DNA of 64,000 nt. It comes from Actinomycetota bacterium (GTDB lineage Bacteria > Actinomycetota > UBA4738 > HRBIN12). The stretch is from contig DASYOY010000059.1 in NCBI GenBank assembly GCA_036007245.1, forward strand, positions 221 through 64,220. The letters are read 5' to 3'. The translations under genes were made by a program, and so were the position numbers. Below are positions 28,450 to 37,842 of the stretch, one piece after another (the first letter of the stretch is position 1; each line of letters begins with the position of its first letter). The notes under the pieces were generated by a model. That model was not told the DNA's origin. It searched no databases and saw only the letters and a list, made by a program, of their open reading frames with translations.

Positions 28450-29373
28450 CTACTGGGCGTCGTGGCGCGCCTTGATGACCTGGTCGGCGTAGCCCACCAA
28501 CCGATCCAGCGTCTGGTTGCCGCCCTCGATCGCGCCCACCCGCTCGACCTGCCGCTGCAACTCGTCGGCTGTCACGAAGACCGTGCGCATCGTGAGGATG
28601 GTCATCCCCTGGAAGTCGTCGAACGTGATCGTCCCGTGGAACGAGGGCATCTCGCCGACGTCGTCGCCGTGCACGAACGTGATCAGCTCGGGCGCCCGAA
28701 CCTCCTCGTAGTGGATGTTGTTCGGGTAGTCGGTTCCGTCGGGACCGTGCATCGTGAACCGCCACACGCCGCCCGGCCGGATGTCGGCCTCGTGGGTAGT
28801 CAGCGTGAACCCGTTGGGACCCCACCAGTTGGCGAGGTGCTCGGCCGAGGTCCACAGCTCGAAGACCTGCTCGCGCGGCGCCTGAAGCATCCGGCTCAGG
28901 ACGATCGAGCGATCGATCACGCCGGTGACCACGTCGTCGAGCTTGCGGAGGGTCTGCAGCAGCCCGACCTCCATGCCGGCGAGCATCGGCGCGGCCTCGG
29001 GGGTCAGCGCGCTCGCCTTCTCGTGCACCGTCATCTCCGTCTTGCCGTCGTGGTCGACGAGCGTGACGGTCGTGATCGAGTCGAGGGCCGGCGTTCCATC
29101 CGGACCGGCAGCCGTCGACGCCATCACGAGCTTGGACGGCGGCTCGAACTCCGTGTACGTGCCCCACAGCGGGTACTCAGCCCCGTCGGGGCCCTGCATC
29201 ACGATCGAGAACGCGCCGCCCTGCCTCGCGTCTGCCTCGGCCCGTGCGACCCCGAAGCCCTCCGGGGCGTACCACTTCATCAGGTGCTCGCCGTCGGTCC
29301 AGGCCTTGAACACCAGGTCGGCCGGCGCGTCGATCATCCGCGTGAACGTGACCTCTGCGGTGACCTCAGTCAT
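28450..29373 (-). CDS. tandem SRPBCC (AHSA1/Aha1-like) domain protein
   Basis: Two AHSA1-like halves are present (WTDGEHLMKWYAPEGF and WTSAEHLANWWGPNGF). Confidence 0.8.
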   Translation of the reverse strand: MTEVTAEVTFTRMIDAPADLVFKAWTDGEHLMKWYAPEGFGVARAEADARQGGAFSIVMQGPDGAEYPLWGTYTEFEPPSKLVMASTAAGPDGTPALDSITTVTLVDHDGKTEMTVHEKASALTPEAAPMLAGMEVGLLQTLRKLDDVVTGVIDRSIVLSRMLQAPREQVFELWTSAEHLANWWGPNGFTLTTHEADIRPGGVWRFTMHGPDGTDYPNNIHYEEVRAPELITFVHGDDVGEMPSFHGTITFDDFQGMTILTMRTVFVTADELQRQVERVGAIEGGNQTLDRLVGYADQVIKARHDAQ

Positions 29374-29719
29374 CGTCTTGCTCCTTCCCCTGCAGCGTGC
29401 GCAGGTACTCGTCGAGGCGGTCGAGCCGCTCCTCCCATAGACGCCGGTACTCCTCGAGCCAATCCGACGCCTCCTTCAATGGTTCCGGTTCGAGCCGGCA
29501 CGGACGCCACTGGGCCTTGCGGCCGCGCGAGATCAGGCCGGCCTTCTCGAGGACCTTCAGGTGCTTGGACACCGCCGGCAGGCTCATCGCGAAAGGCGCC
29601 GCGAGCTCGGTGACGGAAGCCTCACCGTCCGCGAGCCGCTGCACGATCGCCCGCCGCGTCGGGTCCGAAAGGGCCGCGAAGGTTCTATCCAGTTGCCCCG
29701 CCAGCATGTCCGTGGCCAT
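29366..29719 (-). CDS. ArsR/SmtB family transcriptional regulator
   Basis: DPTRRAIVQRL...ELAAPFAMSLPAVSKHLKVLEKAGLI is an ArsR-type HTH. Its stop overlaps the AHSA1 gene start by 8 nt. Confidence 0.85.
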   Translation of the reverse strand: MATDMLAGQLDRTFAALSDPTRRAIVQRLADGEASVTELAAPFAMSLPAVSKHLKVLEKAGLISRGRKAQWRPCRLEPEPLKEASDWLEEYRRLWEERLDRLDEYLRTLQGKEQDDD

Positions 29720-29846
29720 CTCTTGTTCAACCTTTCGGTTATCTAACCTGTCGGTAAAGTACGCCTCTCTCGAGGAGCCGTCAACCCCTCGTTTCCGAGC
29801 CCGAGTGGGACCATGGCCGGGCGGATCGATCAGGGAGGCGTTGGAG

Positions 29847-30089
29847 ATGGACGACCAGGACGTGATCACGCGGATCAACCAGCTCGCCGACGAGGAGCAC
29901 ACGCTCTTCCAGAAGGAGTCGCGCGGCGAGGCGTCCGACGCGGACCGCGAGCGGCTGAAGGACCTCGGCGTCAGCCTCGATCAGTGCTGGGACCTGCTGC
30001 ACCAGCGGCGTGCGCGACGGGCGGCGGGGATGGACCCGGATGAGGCCAGCGTGCGTGACGAGGGCACCGTCGAGGGGTACGTCAACTGA
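29847..30089 (+). CDS. DUF2630 family protein
   Basis: The sequence begins MDDQDVITRINQLADEEHTLF. A GGGAGG lies 11 nt upstream of the start. Confidence 0.6.
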   Translation: MDDQDVITRINQLADEEHTLFQKESRGEASDADRERLKDLGVSLDQCWDLLHQRRARRAAGMDPDEASVRDEGTVEGYVN

Positions 30090-30127
30090 CACGTTGACCC
30101 GGCGCGCGAGCGCCACATAGCATCGAC

Positions 30128-32056
30128 GTGATGGGTCGTTCCCCCCGCGCACTCCTCACGATCTGCGCCCTCGCGCTCGCCTTCGGCCTGATGCCCGGCG
30201 CGCACGCGGCGCCGACGAAGAGCGCGTACGTCCGGATCAACCAGCTCGGCTATCCGGCTGCCCTGCAGAAGCAGGCGTTCGTGATGGCCTCCGTCGACGA
30301 GGCGGGCGCACCGTTCTCCGTCGTCAACATCGCGACGAACACCGCCGCGCTCACCAGCACGGTGGGCGCCTCGGCAGGAAGTTGGAGCAACGCCTTCGGG
30401 TTCGTGCACCCGATCGACTTCACCGCGCTGCAGACCGCGGGCACGTACACGATCGACGTCGGCGGAACGACACCCGCCACGTCGCCCCCCTTCAAGATCG
30501 GGACGGAGTCGGCGCTCTACAAGGGTGCGCTGGCGAACGCCCTCTCCTTCTATCAGACGGAACGTGACGGCCCGGACTACATCCAGAACGCCCTCCGCAC
30601 GGCGCCGGCACACCTGAACGACCAGAACGCGATGACGTACACCACACCGCACGTGAACAGCGCGGGGCACTTCAAGGGCGACCTCAACCCGATCGGCAGG
30701 ACGATCGATGCGTCGGGCGGTTGGTTCGATGCGGGCGACTACCTCAAGGCGGTCGAGACCGAGAGCTATACAACAGACATGCTGCTCGCCGGCGTTCGCG
30801 ACTTCCCCTCGCGGATGGGCTCGGGGTCGGCGACGTCGAACTTCACCGCCGAGGCGCGGTTCGGCGTGGAGTGGCTCCTCAAGATGTGGGATGACAAGAC
30901 CTCGACGCTCTACTACCAGGTGGGCATCGGCGACGGGAACGCGAAGACGGTCTCCGACCACGACATCTGGCGGCTGCCGCAGGCCGACGACACGTACGGT
31001 GGCACCGATCCCGCGTACCGGTACATCCGCAACCGACCGGTGTTCCGGGCCGCGCCGGCGGGGTCGATGGTCAGTCCGAACCTCGCGGGGCGCGACGCCG
31101 CCGCGTTCGGGATGTGCTTCCAGGTGTACCGAACCACCGCGCCGAACCTCGCTGCGAAGTGCCTGCGCGCGGGTGAGCACATCTTCGATCTGGCCGACAC
31201 CGCGCCGTCGGGCAACCTGCTCACGCTGATCCCGTTCAGCTTCTATCCGGAGACCGAGTGGCGCGACGACCTGGAGCTCGGGGCGACCGAACTGGCGACG
31301 GCACTCGCCGACGGCGGGTTGCCGACTGGACTCTCGCACACCGACCCCTCCTTCTATCTGACGAAGGCCGCGCACTGGGCGAACGCGTACATCACCGGAC
31401 CGGGCGACGCCGGCGACACGCTCAACCTGTATGACGTGAGCGGCCTCGCGCACTACGAGCTCTATCGCGCGATCGAAGCGGCGGGCAACCCTGCGGGGCT
31501 CGAGGTGACGCCGGCGCAGCTGCTCGCGGACATGAAGACGGAACTCGACGATGCCGTCGCCCAAGCGGCGACCGACCCCTTCGGGTTCGGGTTCACGTGG
31601 GCGCAGTGGGACACGACGACGCACGGTGAAGGACTGTCGGTGATGGCGAGCGAGTACGACGCGCTGACCGGCACGTCCACCTATGCCGACCAGGCGATGG
31701 GCTGGCTCGGGAACATCCTCGGCGCGAACGCGTGGGGCTCGTCCCTGATCGTCGGCGACGGCACGGTGTTCCCCGACTGCATCCACCACCAGATCGCGAA
31801 CATCGCCGGCCACCTCGACGGCACCGCGCCCGTGCTCAAGGGTGCGGCGGTCGAGGGACCGAACGGGACGACCTATCAGGGCGTGGTGTCGGGCATGAAC
31901 CTGTGTCCGGCCGACGGCAGCGACCGATTCGGCGCCTTCGACGGGTCGGGGGCGAAGTTCACCGACAACGTGCAGTCGTTCTCCACGGTCGAGCCCGCGA
32001 TCGACCTGACCGCCGCCTCGCCGCTGGCGTTCGCCTGGCTGTCGGATCAGCCGTAA
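30128..32056 (+). CDS. secreted glycoside hydrolase family 9 protein (endoglucanase-like) with an N-terminal Ig-like domain
   Basis: There is a signal peptide. The GH9 motif DASGGWFDAGDYLK is present. The C-terminus is HHQIANIAG. Confidence 0.8.
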   Translation: MMGRSPRALLTICALALAFGLMPGAHAAPTKSAYVRINQLGYPAALQKQAFVMASVDEAGAPFSVVNIATNTAALTSTVGASAGSWSNAFGFVHPIDFTALQTAGTYTIDVGGTTPATSPPFKIGTESALYKGALANALSFYQTERDGPDYIQNALRTAPAHLNDQNAMTYTTPHVNSAGHFKGDLNPIGRTIDASGGWFDAGDYLKAVETESYTTDMLLAGVRDFPSRMGSGSATSNFTAEARFGVEWLLKMWDDKTSTLYYQVGIGDGNAKTVSDHDIWRLPQADDTYGGTDPAYRYIRNRPVFRAAPAGSMVSPNLAGRDAAAFGMCFQVYRTTAPNLAAKCLRAGEHIFDLADTAPSGNLLTLIPFSFYPETEWRDDLELGATELATALADGGLPTGLSHTDPSFYLTKAAHWANAYITGPGDAGDTLNLYDVSGLAHYELYRAIEAAGNPAGLEVTPAQLLADMKTELDDAVAQAATDPFGFGFTWAQWDTTTHGEGLSVMASEYDALTGTSTYADQAMGWLGNILGANAWGSSLIVGDGTVFPDCIHHQIANIAGHLDGTAPVLKGAAVEGPNGTTYQGVVSGMNLCPADGSDRFGAFDGSGAKFTDNVQSFSTVEPAIDLTAASPLAFAWLSDQP

Positions 32057-32062
32057 CGTCGG

Positions 32063-32830
32063 CTACAGCCCGGGGCTGCCCTGCATGATCCCGCCGTCGG
32101 CGAAGATCGTCGTGGCGGTCACGTAGCTCGACCCGTCGCCCGCGAGGAACGCGACCACGGAACCGATCTCGGCAGGGTCGGCGACGCGGCCGATCGGGAT
32201 GGCGGCGTTCAGCTTCGCCATCTTCGCCGGGTCGGCCTCGGTCTCCTTGTTGATCGGGGTGTCGACCGCGCCCGGCCCGACACCGACCACCGTGATGTTA
32301 TGGGGCGCGAGCTCGACGCCGGCGGTGCGGGTCAGCATGCGCATACCGCCCTTGGACAAGCAGTACGCGGTGTTGCCGGGCATCGGCCAGTCTTCGTGCA
32401 CCGACGTGATGTTGATGATCCGGCCGCCGTCCCCCTGCTTGATCATCTGCTTGGCGGCCAGCTGCGTGCCGAAGAACGCGCTCTTCAGGTTCACGTTCAA
32501 CACGAACTCGTACTTGTCCTCGGTCGTATCGAGGATCGACGTGCGGGTCTCGACGCCGGCGTTGTTCACCATGATGTCGAGCCGCCCGAACGCCTTGACC
32601 GTCTCGTCGATCATCATCTGAAGATCCGCGACCTTGCTGACGTCGGCGTCGACGCCGATCGCCTGGTCGCCGAGCGAGGCGACCTTGCGCTCGAGCTCCT
32701 CGGTCGCCTCCGGCATGGCGACGTAGTCGATGCAGACGTTCGCACCTTCTTCTGCGAGCGCCAGCACGATCGCCTTGCCGATCCCCGTGTTGCCACCGGT
32801 CACGATGGCGGACTTCCCCTTCAAGCTCAT
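32063..32830 (-). CDS. SDR family oxidoreductase (glucose 1-dehydrogenase-like)
   Basis: It has TGGNTGIGKA, NNAG and YCLSK motifs. Confidence 0.9.
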   Translation of the reverse strand: MSLKGKSAIVTGGNTGIGKAIVLALAEEGANVCIDYVAMPEATEELERKVASLGDQAIGVDADVSKVADLQMMIDETVKAFGRLDIMVNNAGVETRTSILDTTEDKYEFVLNVNLKSAFFGTQLAAKQMIKQGDGGRIINITSVHEDWPMPGNTAYCLSKGGMRMLTRTAGVELAPHNITVVGVGPGAVDTPINKETEADPAKMAKLNAAIPIGRVADPAEIGSVVAFLAGDGSSYVTATTIFADGGIMQGSPGL

Positions 32831-32864
32831 GGTCCCTCCTCAGGTCCCCTTCGATGGAACACCA

Positions 32865-34064
32865 TCACATCTCGTGAGATACGTCCAAGGGCGCGGTGTC
32901 GTGCGCCGGCCGGTGGGCGAGGGCGAACGACAGGCCGCCCATCACGAGCGCGACCACCGCGGTCCACGCGAACAGCGTCGGCAGCTGCACACCGGCGTCC
33001 TGCAGCTTGCCGCCGCCGATCGCCGCGATCCCGTATCCCAGCTGGTAGAACGCGATCACACCGCCGGCCACCGCCGTCGCGATCGGGGCCAGCTGCTCCT
33101 GGCCGAAGCTGATCGTGAGCGGCAGGAGCGCCGAACAGCCGAGTCCGGCGAGCGCGAACGCCAGCACTCCAAGTAGGCCGGCCGCATGCGGCAGCTGCCA
33201 CACGGCGACAAGCGCGATCGCCAGCACGAACGGCAACAGGTGGTAGGTCCGCCACGTCGGGAACCGCCGTTCGATCGCCGCGAACCCGATCCTGCCGACG
33301 GTGACCATGCCCCAGAACGCGCCGAGCGCGAGCGACGCGTGCGTGGCCGACGCGCCCAGCTGCGTCATATCGAGCTGGGACCAGTTCCCGTTCATCGTTT
33401 CGCAGATGCCGTAAAGCACCGCGAACCCGGCGAACAGCCAGAACCGGGACGGGATCTTCGCGCGCGCACGTCCGGCGGCAGCGATCGCCGTCTGGAGCGG
33501 GAGCGGCACGCTGATCACGATGAGCACTGCGAGGAACACGACGGTCAGGATCGGCAGTCCCCACCAGAACCCCAGGCCGACGAAGATCGCGACCAACACC
33601 GGCGCGAGCGCGGTGCCGAGGCCGAGCAACGCGTTCAACACCAGGACCGCGCGATCCTCGTCCTCCGGGTGGAACGACGCCGCGAACGTGTTGAGTGCCG
33701 GAACGGTCAGCCCGAACCCCAGGCCGAGGAACCCGGTGGCGGCGAGTAGGATCGAGTAGGACACATCCTTGTCACTCGTGAAGCCCCAGCTCACGAGCAG
33801 CAGCGTCATCGACACGACGTCGGCCCCCAGCCCCGCGAGGTAGAGCCGCTTGCCGCCGAAACGGGAGGCGAGCCCGGCCCCGGCAAGCGACGCCGTGATC
33901 GCCAGCACGACCTGCGGCAGGAACATCGTGCCGTAGCGTTCGCTCGAGAACCCGTACCCGGTCGGGCTGGTGAAGATCGTCGACACCGCCGGGAAGGTGA
34001 CCAAGGCGATGCCTTGGGCCAACCCGGCGATGTTGACGACCCGCGACTCGGTCGGGCTCGCCAT
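32865..34064 (-). CDS. MFS transporter
   Basis: It has 12 predicted TM helices and an MFS-like sequence. Confidence 0.85.
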   Translation of the reverse strand: MASPTESRVVNIAGLAQGIALVTFPAVSTIFTSPTGYGFSSERYGTMFLPQVVLAITASLAGAGLASRFGGKRLYLAGLGADVVSMTLLLVSWGFTSDKDVSYSILLAATGFLGLGFGLTVPALNTFAASFHPEDEDRAVLVLNALLGLGTALAPVLVAIFVGLGFWWGLPILTVVFLAVLIVISVPLPLQTAIAAAGRARAKIPSRFWLFAGFAVLYGICETMNGNWSQLDMTQLGASATHASLALGAFWGMVTVGRIGFAAIERRFPTWRTYHLLPFVLAIALVAVWQLPHAAGLLGVLAFALAGLGCSALLPLTISFGQEQLAPIATAVAGGVIAFYQLGYGIAAIGGGKLQDAGVQLPTLFAWTAVVALVMGGLSFALAHRPAHDTAPLDVSHEM

Positions 34065-34071
34065 CCGTGCG

Positions 34072-35625
34072 TTACGCGATCCGGTCGAGCAGGTGCTCCC
34101 CGACGCGGATGCCGTTCGCGATCGCCGTGAGCGCGGGGTTCACCGCGCCGATGCTCGGGAAGAAGCTCGTGTCGACCACGTACAGGTTGTCGAGCTCGTG
34201 CGCTTTGCAGTTCTCGTCGAGAACGGAATCGGCGGGATCGTGGCCGAACCGGCACGTCCCGACCTGATGCGCGACCCCGGCGACCGGCACGCTCATGTGC
34301 ATGTAGAAGTTCTTGTGCAAGACGTGATGCTGGGCCATCCCGACGTGGTTCAGCATCTCCTTGACCTCGTGGTAGAGGCGGTCGGCCTCCTCATCGTTGT
34401 TCGACGTGTAGGCCAGGTGGACGTTCCCCTCATCGTCCAGCGTCACGCGGTTGTTGGGATCGGGCAGATCCTCGGTGGTGAGCCAAACATCGACCGCGTG
34501 CCGCGCCGTGTCCTCGAGGGACCAGTGCGGCGCGAGCTTCGTCAGCATCGGCTCCTCGCCCTTCATCGCCTCGGCGTTGGATTTGCCGACCATCTGGATC
34601 TGCCCGATCGGGTAGTCGTAGTCGTCGGTGCCGAAGTAGAAGTCGTTCACCCCGAGCGTCTTCTGGAACGTCGTGTCGTTGGGCTCCTCCGACAGCGCGA
34701 CCATCGCCTTGCTGTTGTGGAACATATAGTTGCGTCCGACCTGGTCGGAGCCGTTGGCCAGGCCGTTGGGGTGCTTGTCGTTGGCCGACGCGAGCAGGAT
34801 GCGCGCGCTGTTCGTCGCGCCCGCGGAGACCGAGACGATGTCGGCGGTGTAGATCTCGCGCTCGCCGTCGCGATCGACCACGACGCCGGTCACGGTCCTG
34901 CCGCTCGCGTCGGTCTCGAGCTTCACGACTTGCGAGCGCACCTTGAGCGTGACGTTCGGCATGTCCAGGACCGGGCGGACGGCCATCACCTCCGCGTCGG
35001 ACTTCGCGTGCACGAGGCACGGGTAGCCGTCGCACCACGTGCAGCGGATACACGTGCTCCGCGGGCGGTCGGCCTCGTCGAGGAGGATCCCGCATGGTGC
35101 GTGGAACGGGTGGTAGCCCTTGTCGGCGAGGTTGTCGGAAAGCTCCTGGATACGCGGCTCATGGGACACGGCGGGCCATGGGTACTGCTTGCTCCAGTGC
35201 CCTTCGATCGGGTCCTCCCCGTGGTTGCCGTGGACCTGGAACAGCCACTCGGCCTTCGTGTAGTAGGGCTCGAAGTCGTCGTAGCTGACCGGCCACGCGG
35301 GCGACACGCCGTCGACGTGCTTCAGCTCGCCGAAGTCCTTGGGGCGCAGGCGGTACAACGCGGCGCCGTACATCTTCGTCGCGCCACCGACGAAGTAGTG
35401 CACCTGCGGCTGGAACGCCTCGCCCTTCGCGTCGTACCAGGTGTCCTTCGAGATGTAACGGCCGTCGATGAACACCTGGCCCGGGTCCCAGTTCTCGCGC
35501 TCTCGCGGGAGGAAGTCGCCGCGCTCGAGCATCAGGATCTTCTTGCCCGACGGCGCCAGGGTGTTGGCGAGCGTGCCGCCGCCCGCGCCGGTCCCGATGA
35601 TGATGACGTCGTAGTGCTCAGCCAT
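34072..35625 (-). CDS. GMC family oxidoreductase
   Basis: The FAD motif is DVIIIGTGAGGGTLA and the C-terminal region is GMC-like. The start is at MAEHYD. Confidence 0.85.
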   Translation of the reverse strand: MAEHYDVIIIGTGAGGGTLANTLAPSGKKILMLERGDFLPRERENWDPGQVFIDGRYISKDTWYDAKGEAFQPQVHYFVGGATKMYGAALYRLRPKDFGELKHVDGVSPAWPVSYDDFEPYYTKAEWLFQVHGNHGEDPIEGHWSKQYPWPAVSHEPRIQELSDNLADKGYHPFHAPCGILLDEADRPRSTCIRCTWCDGYPCLVHAKSDAEVMAVRPVLDMPNVTLKVRSQVVKLETDASGRTVTGVVVDRDGEREIYTADIVSVSAGATNSARILLASANDKHPNGLANGSDQVGRNYMFHNSKAMVALSEEPNDTTFQKTLGVNDFYFGTDDYDYPIGQIQMVGKSNAEAMKGEEPMLTKLAPHWSLEDTARHAVDVWLTTEDLPDPNNRVTLDDEGNVHLAYTSNNDEEADRLYHEVKEMLNHVGMAQHHVLHKNFYMHMSVPVAGVAHQVGTCRFGHDPADSVLDENCKAHELDNLYVVDTSFFPSIGAVNPALTAIANGIRVGEHLLDRIA

Positions 35626-36901
35626 CTGTCTCCCCTTCCCCGTGCAACCTGGCTTCGTCGGACGTGTCCAGCACGCGGCTCTTGCCGAACTCGTCCCATG
35701 CCCAGCTGATGAATGCGTCCCGGCGCTGACTCGAGACACCCATGAGGTAGGCATGGACGCCGATCCACGCCGCGTACCCAACCGCCCCGTGCAGCTCGTG
35801 ACGGTGCTCGCCCATCTCGGCGATCGCGGCGTTGTGGCCGATCATCGCCATGATCCCCTTGTCGTGATAGTCGAAAGGCTCTATCGCCGTGCCGTCCACG
35901 TCCGCGACGATGTTCTTCGCCGCCCACTGCCCCGCTTGGAGCGCGACGGAGCCGAGCTGGGGAAACGCACGGCCGTCATCGGACGGGATGTTGGCGATGT
36001 CGCCGACGACGAACACGCCCGGGAAGCCCTCGGCCGTGAGGTCCTCGTGGACGTCGATCCGGCCACCCCGCCCCTGGGCGAGACCCGCGGAGGCCGCCAA
36101 CGGCGCAGCCTGTAGACCGCCGCCCCAGATCACGCATCGCGTATCGATCGTGTCGCCGTCGGACAGCACGACGCGGTCCGCGGTGATCTCGTTCACCTTG
36201 GTGCCGAGTTTGAGCTCGACCCCGCGCTCGGTGAGCACCTTCGATGCGTACTCGTGCGCTTTGGGTGAGAAGGGACCGAGGACGGTCTCGCCCGCGTCGA
36301 CGATGACCACGCGCGCCTTCGACAGCTGCTCGTCGTGGAACCGCGAGGGCATCACGTCGCGGATCAGGTCGGCGAGCGCGCCTGCGATCTCCGTGCCGGT
36401 CGCTCCGGCACCGACGATCACGAAGTTCAGTCCACCGGTCTCGATCGTCGACGGATCCTTTTCGGCCTCCTCGAACGCCTCCAACACCCGGGCGCGCAGC
36501 CGGCGCGCATCGTCCAGCGAGTAGAGCGGGAACGTGTGCTCGGCGCCTGGCGTGCCGAAGAAGTTGGCCTGGCTCCCGGCGGCCAACACGAGGTAGTCGC
36601 CCTCGAGCGTCGTCCCGTCATCCAGCGTCACCGTCTTCGCGGCGGGGTCGACGCTCGTCGCGGTCGCCTGCCTGAACGAGACGTTGTCGTGGCGCTTGAA
36701 CAGATCGTCGAGATCCATCGAGACATCGGTACCGGCGAGCTGGAAGGTCGCGACCTGATACAGCAGCGGCAGGAACTGGTGGTAGTCGTGCGCGTCGACG
36801 ACAGTGACCTCCGCGTGGTGCGGGTGCTTCGCGAGCTCGCGCGCACATCCGATCCCCGCGAACCCCGCGCCGACGACGACGACCTTCGCCGGATCAGCCA
36901 T
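35618..36901 (-). CDS. NAD(P)/FAD-dependent oxidoreductase (type II NADH dehydrogenase-like)
   Basis: Two Rossmann motifs are present (VVVGAGFAG and FVIVGAGATGTE). The start is at MADPAKVV, and a TGATG overlap joins it to the upstream gene. Confidence 0.8.
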   Translation of the reverse strand: MADPAKVVVVGAGFAGIGCARELAKHPHHAEVTVVDAHDYHQFLPLLYQVATFQLAGTDVSMDLDDLFKRHDNVSFRQATATSVDPAAKTVTLDDGTTLEGDYLVLAAGSQANFFGTPGAEHTFPLYSLDDARRLRARVLEAFEEAEKDPSTIETGGLNFVIVGAGATGTEIAGALADLIRDVMPSRFHDEQLSKARVVIVDAGETVLGPFSPKAHEYASKVLTERGVELKLGTKVNEITADRVVLSDGDTIDTRCVIWGGGLQAAPLAASAGLAQGRGGRIDVHEDLTAEGFPGVFVVGDIANIPSDDGRAFPQLGSVALQAGQWAAKNIVADVDGTAIEPFDYHDKGIMAMIGHNAAIAEMGEHRHELHGAVGYAAWIGVHAYLMGVSSQRRDAFISWAWDEFGKSRVLDTSDEARLHGEGETDG

Positions 36902-37842
36902 CACGCGCTCCCCTCCGGGCTGATGCCCCACCTGCCGCGCCAGGTCGCGCCCGGCTCGAGCTCGATCAGATCGACCCCGGTGCGGAACGCGTTGGGCGGA
37001 CACGTCATCGGTTCGATCGCGATGCCTGCGCGCCGGCGCTCGGCCGGCTCGAGCGTGTCGCCCGTGTAGACCATCAGGTAGCGGAACGCGGGATCGACCC
37101 AGACGCGAACCGCACGTGCGCCGTCCGGATGTTCGAGCACGGCGACGGCGCGGCCGTCCGGGTCCCGCACGAGCCCCGCGTACGCGGTGTCGAGCTGGGT
37201 GCCTCCGATCGGACGCGCCGCCATGAAGTCCTCGGAAGCGCCGATCACCGCGTGCGTACCGGTCGGCAGGCCGCGGTCGTCCGTGACCAGCTGTTCGCCG
37301 GCCGGCACCGTGAGATGCGCGTCGTCGATCCGCTCCGTGCCGACTGTGACATACGGGTGGAAGCCGATGCCGAACGGCGCGGTCTCGGTCGAGTGGTTGG
37401 TGGCGTTCGCCTCCACGGTCAGCCCGCTCGCGTCCAGCTCGTACCGGACGCCAACTTCGAGCAGCCACGGATAGCCCGGAAGCGGGTGCAGCATGCATCG
37501 GAGGGCCACCGCGGCGTCGGTCTGTACATCCAGCGTCCAGGGCCGCCAGCGCACGAGCCCGTGGATCGCGTTCGCCCGCTGAGGCTCGTCGAGCGCCGCG
37601 CCGGCATCGAGGCCACCGTAGGAATAGGTCCCGTCCTCAAGTCGATTCGGCCACGGTGCGAGCACTTGCCCCCGCCCCGCGGCCGAAGACTCATCGGCAG
37701 GGAACCCGTCGATCACCGCGACGCCGGCGGCCTCATAGGAACGCAGCGTCGCGCCGACCTCGGTGACCACCGCCCGCTGGTCGCCGTACGCGATCTCGTG
37801 CTGCGCGCCCGTCGGGAGCAGCGCCTCGCGCGTCACCGTCAT
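36901..37842 (-). CDS. aldose 1-epimerase family protein
   Basis: The sequence is galactose-mutarotase-like (HGLVRW, GFHPY). An ATGA overlap joins it to the GH15 gene. Confidence 0.75.
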   Translation of the reverse strand: MTVTREALLPTGAQHEIAYGDQRAVVTEVGATLRSYEAAGVAVIDGFPADESSAAGRGQVLAPWPNRLEDGTYSYGGLDAGAALDEPQRANAIHGLVRWRPWTLDVQTDAAVALRCMLHPLPGYPWLLEVGVRYELDASGLTVEANATNHSTETAPFGIGFHPYVTVGTERIDDAHLTVPAGEQLVTDDRGLPTGTHAVIGASEDFMAARPIGGTQLDTAYAGLVRDPDGRAVAVLEHPDGARAVRVWVDPAFRYLMVYTGDTLEPAERRRAGIAIEPMTCPPNAFRTGVDLIELEPGATWRGRWGISPEGSA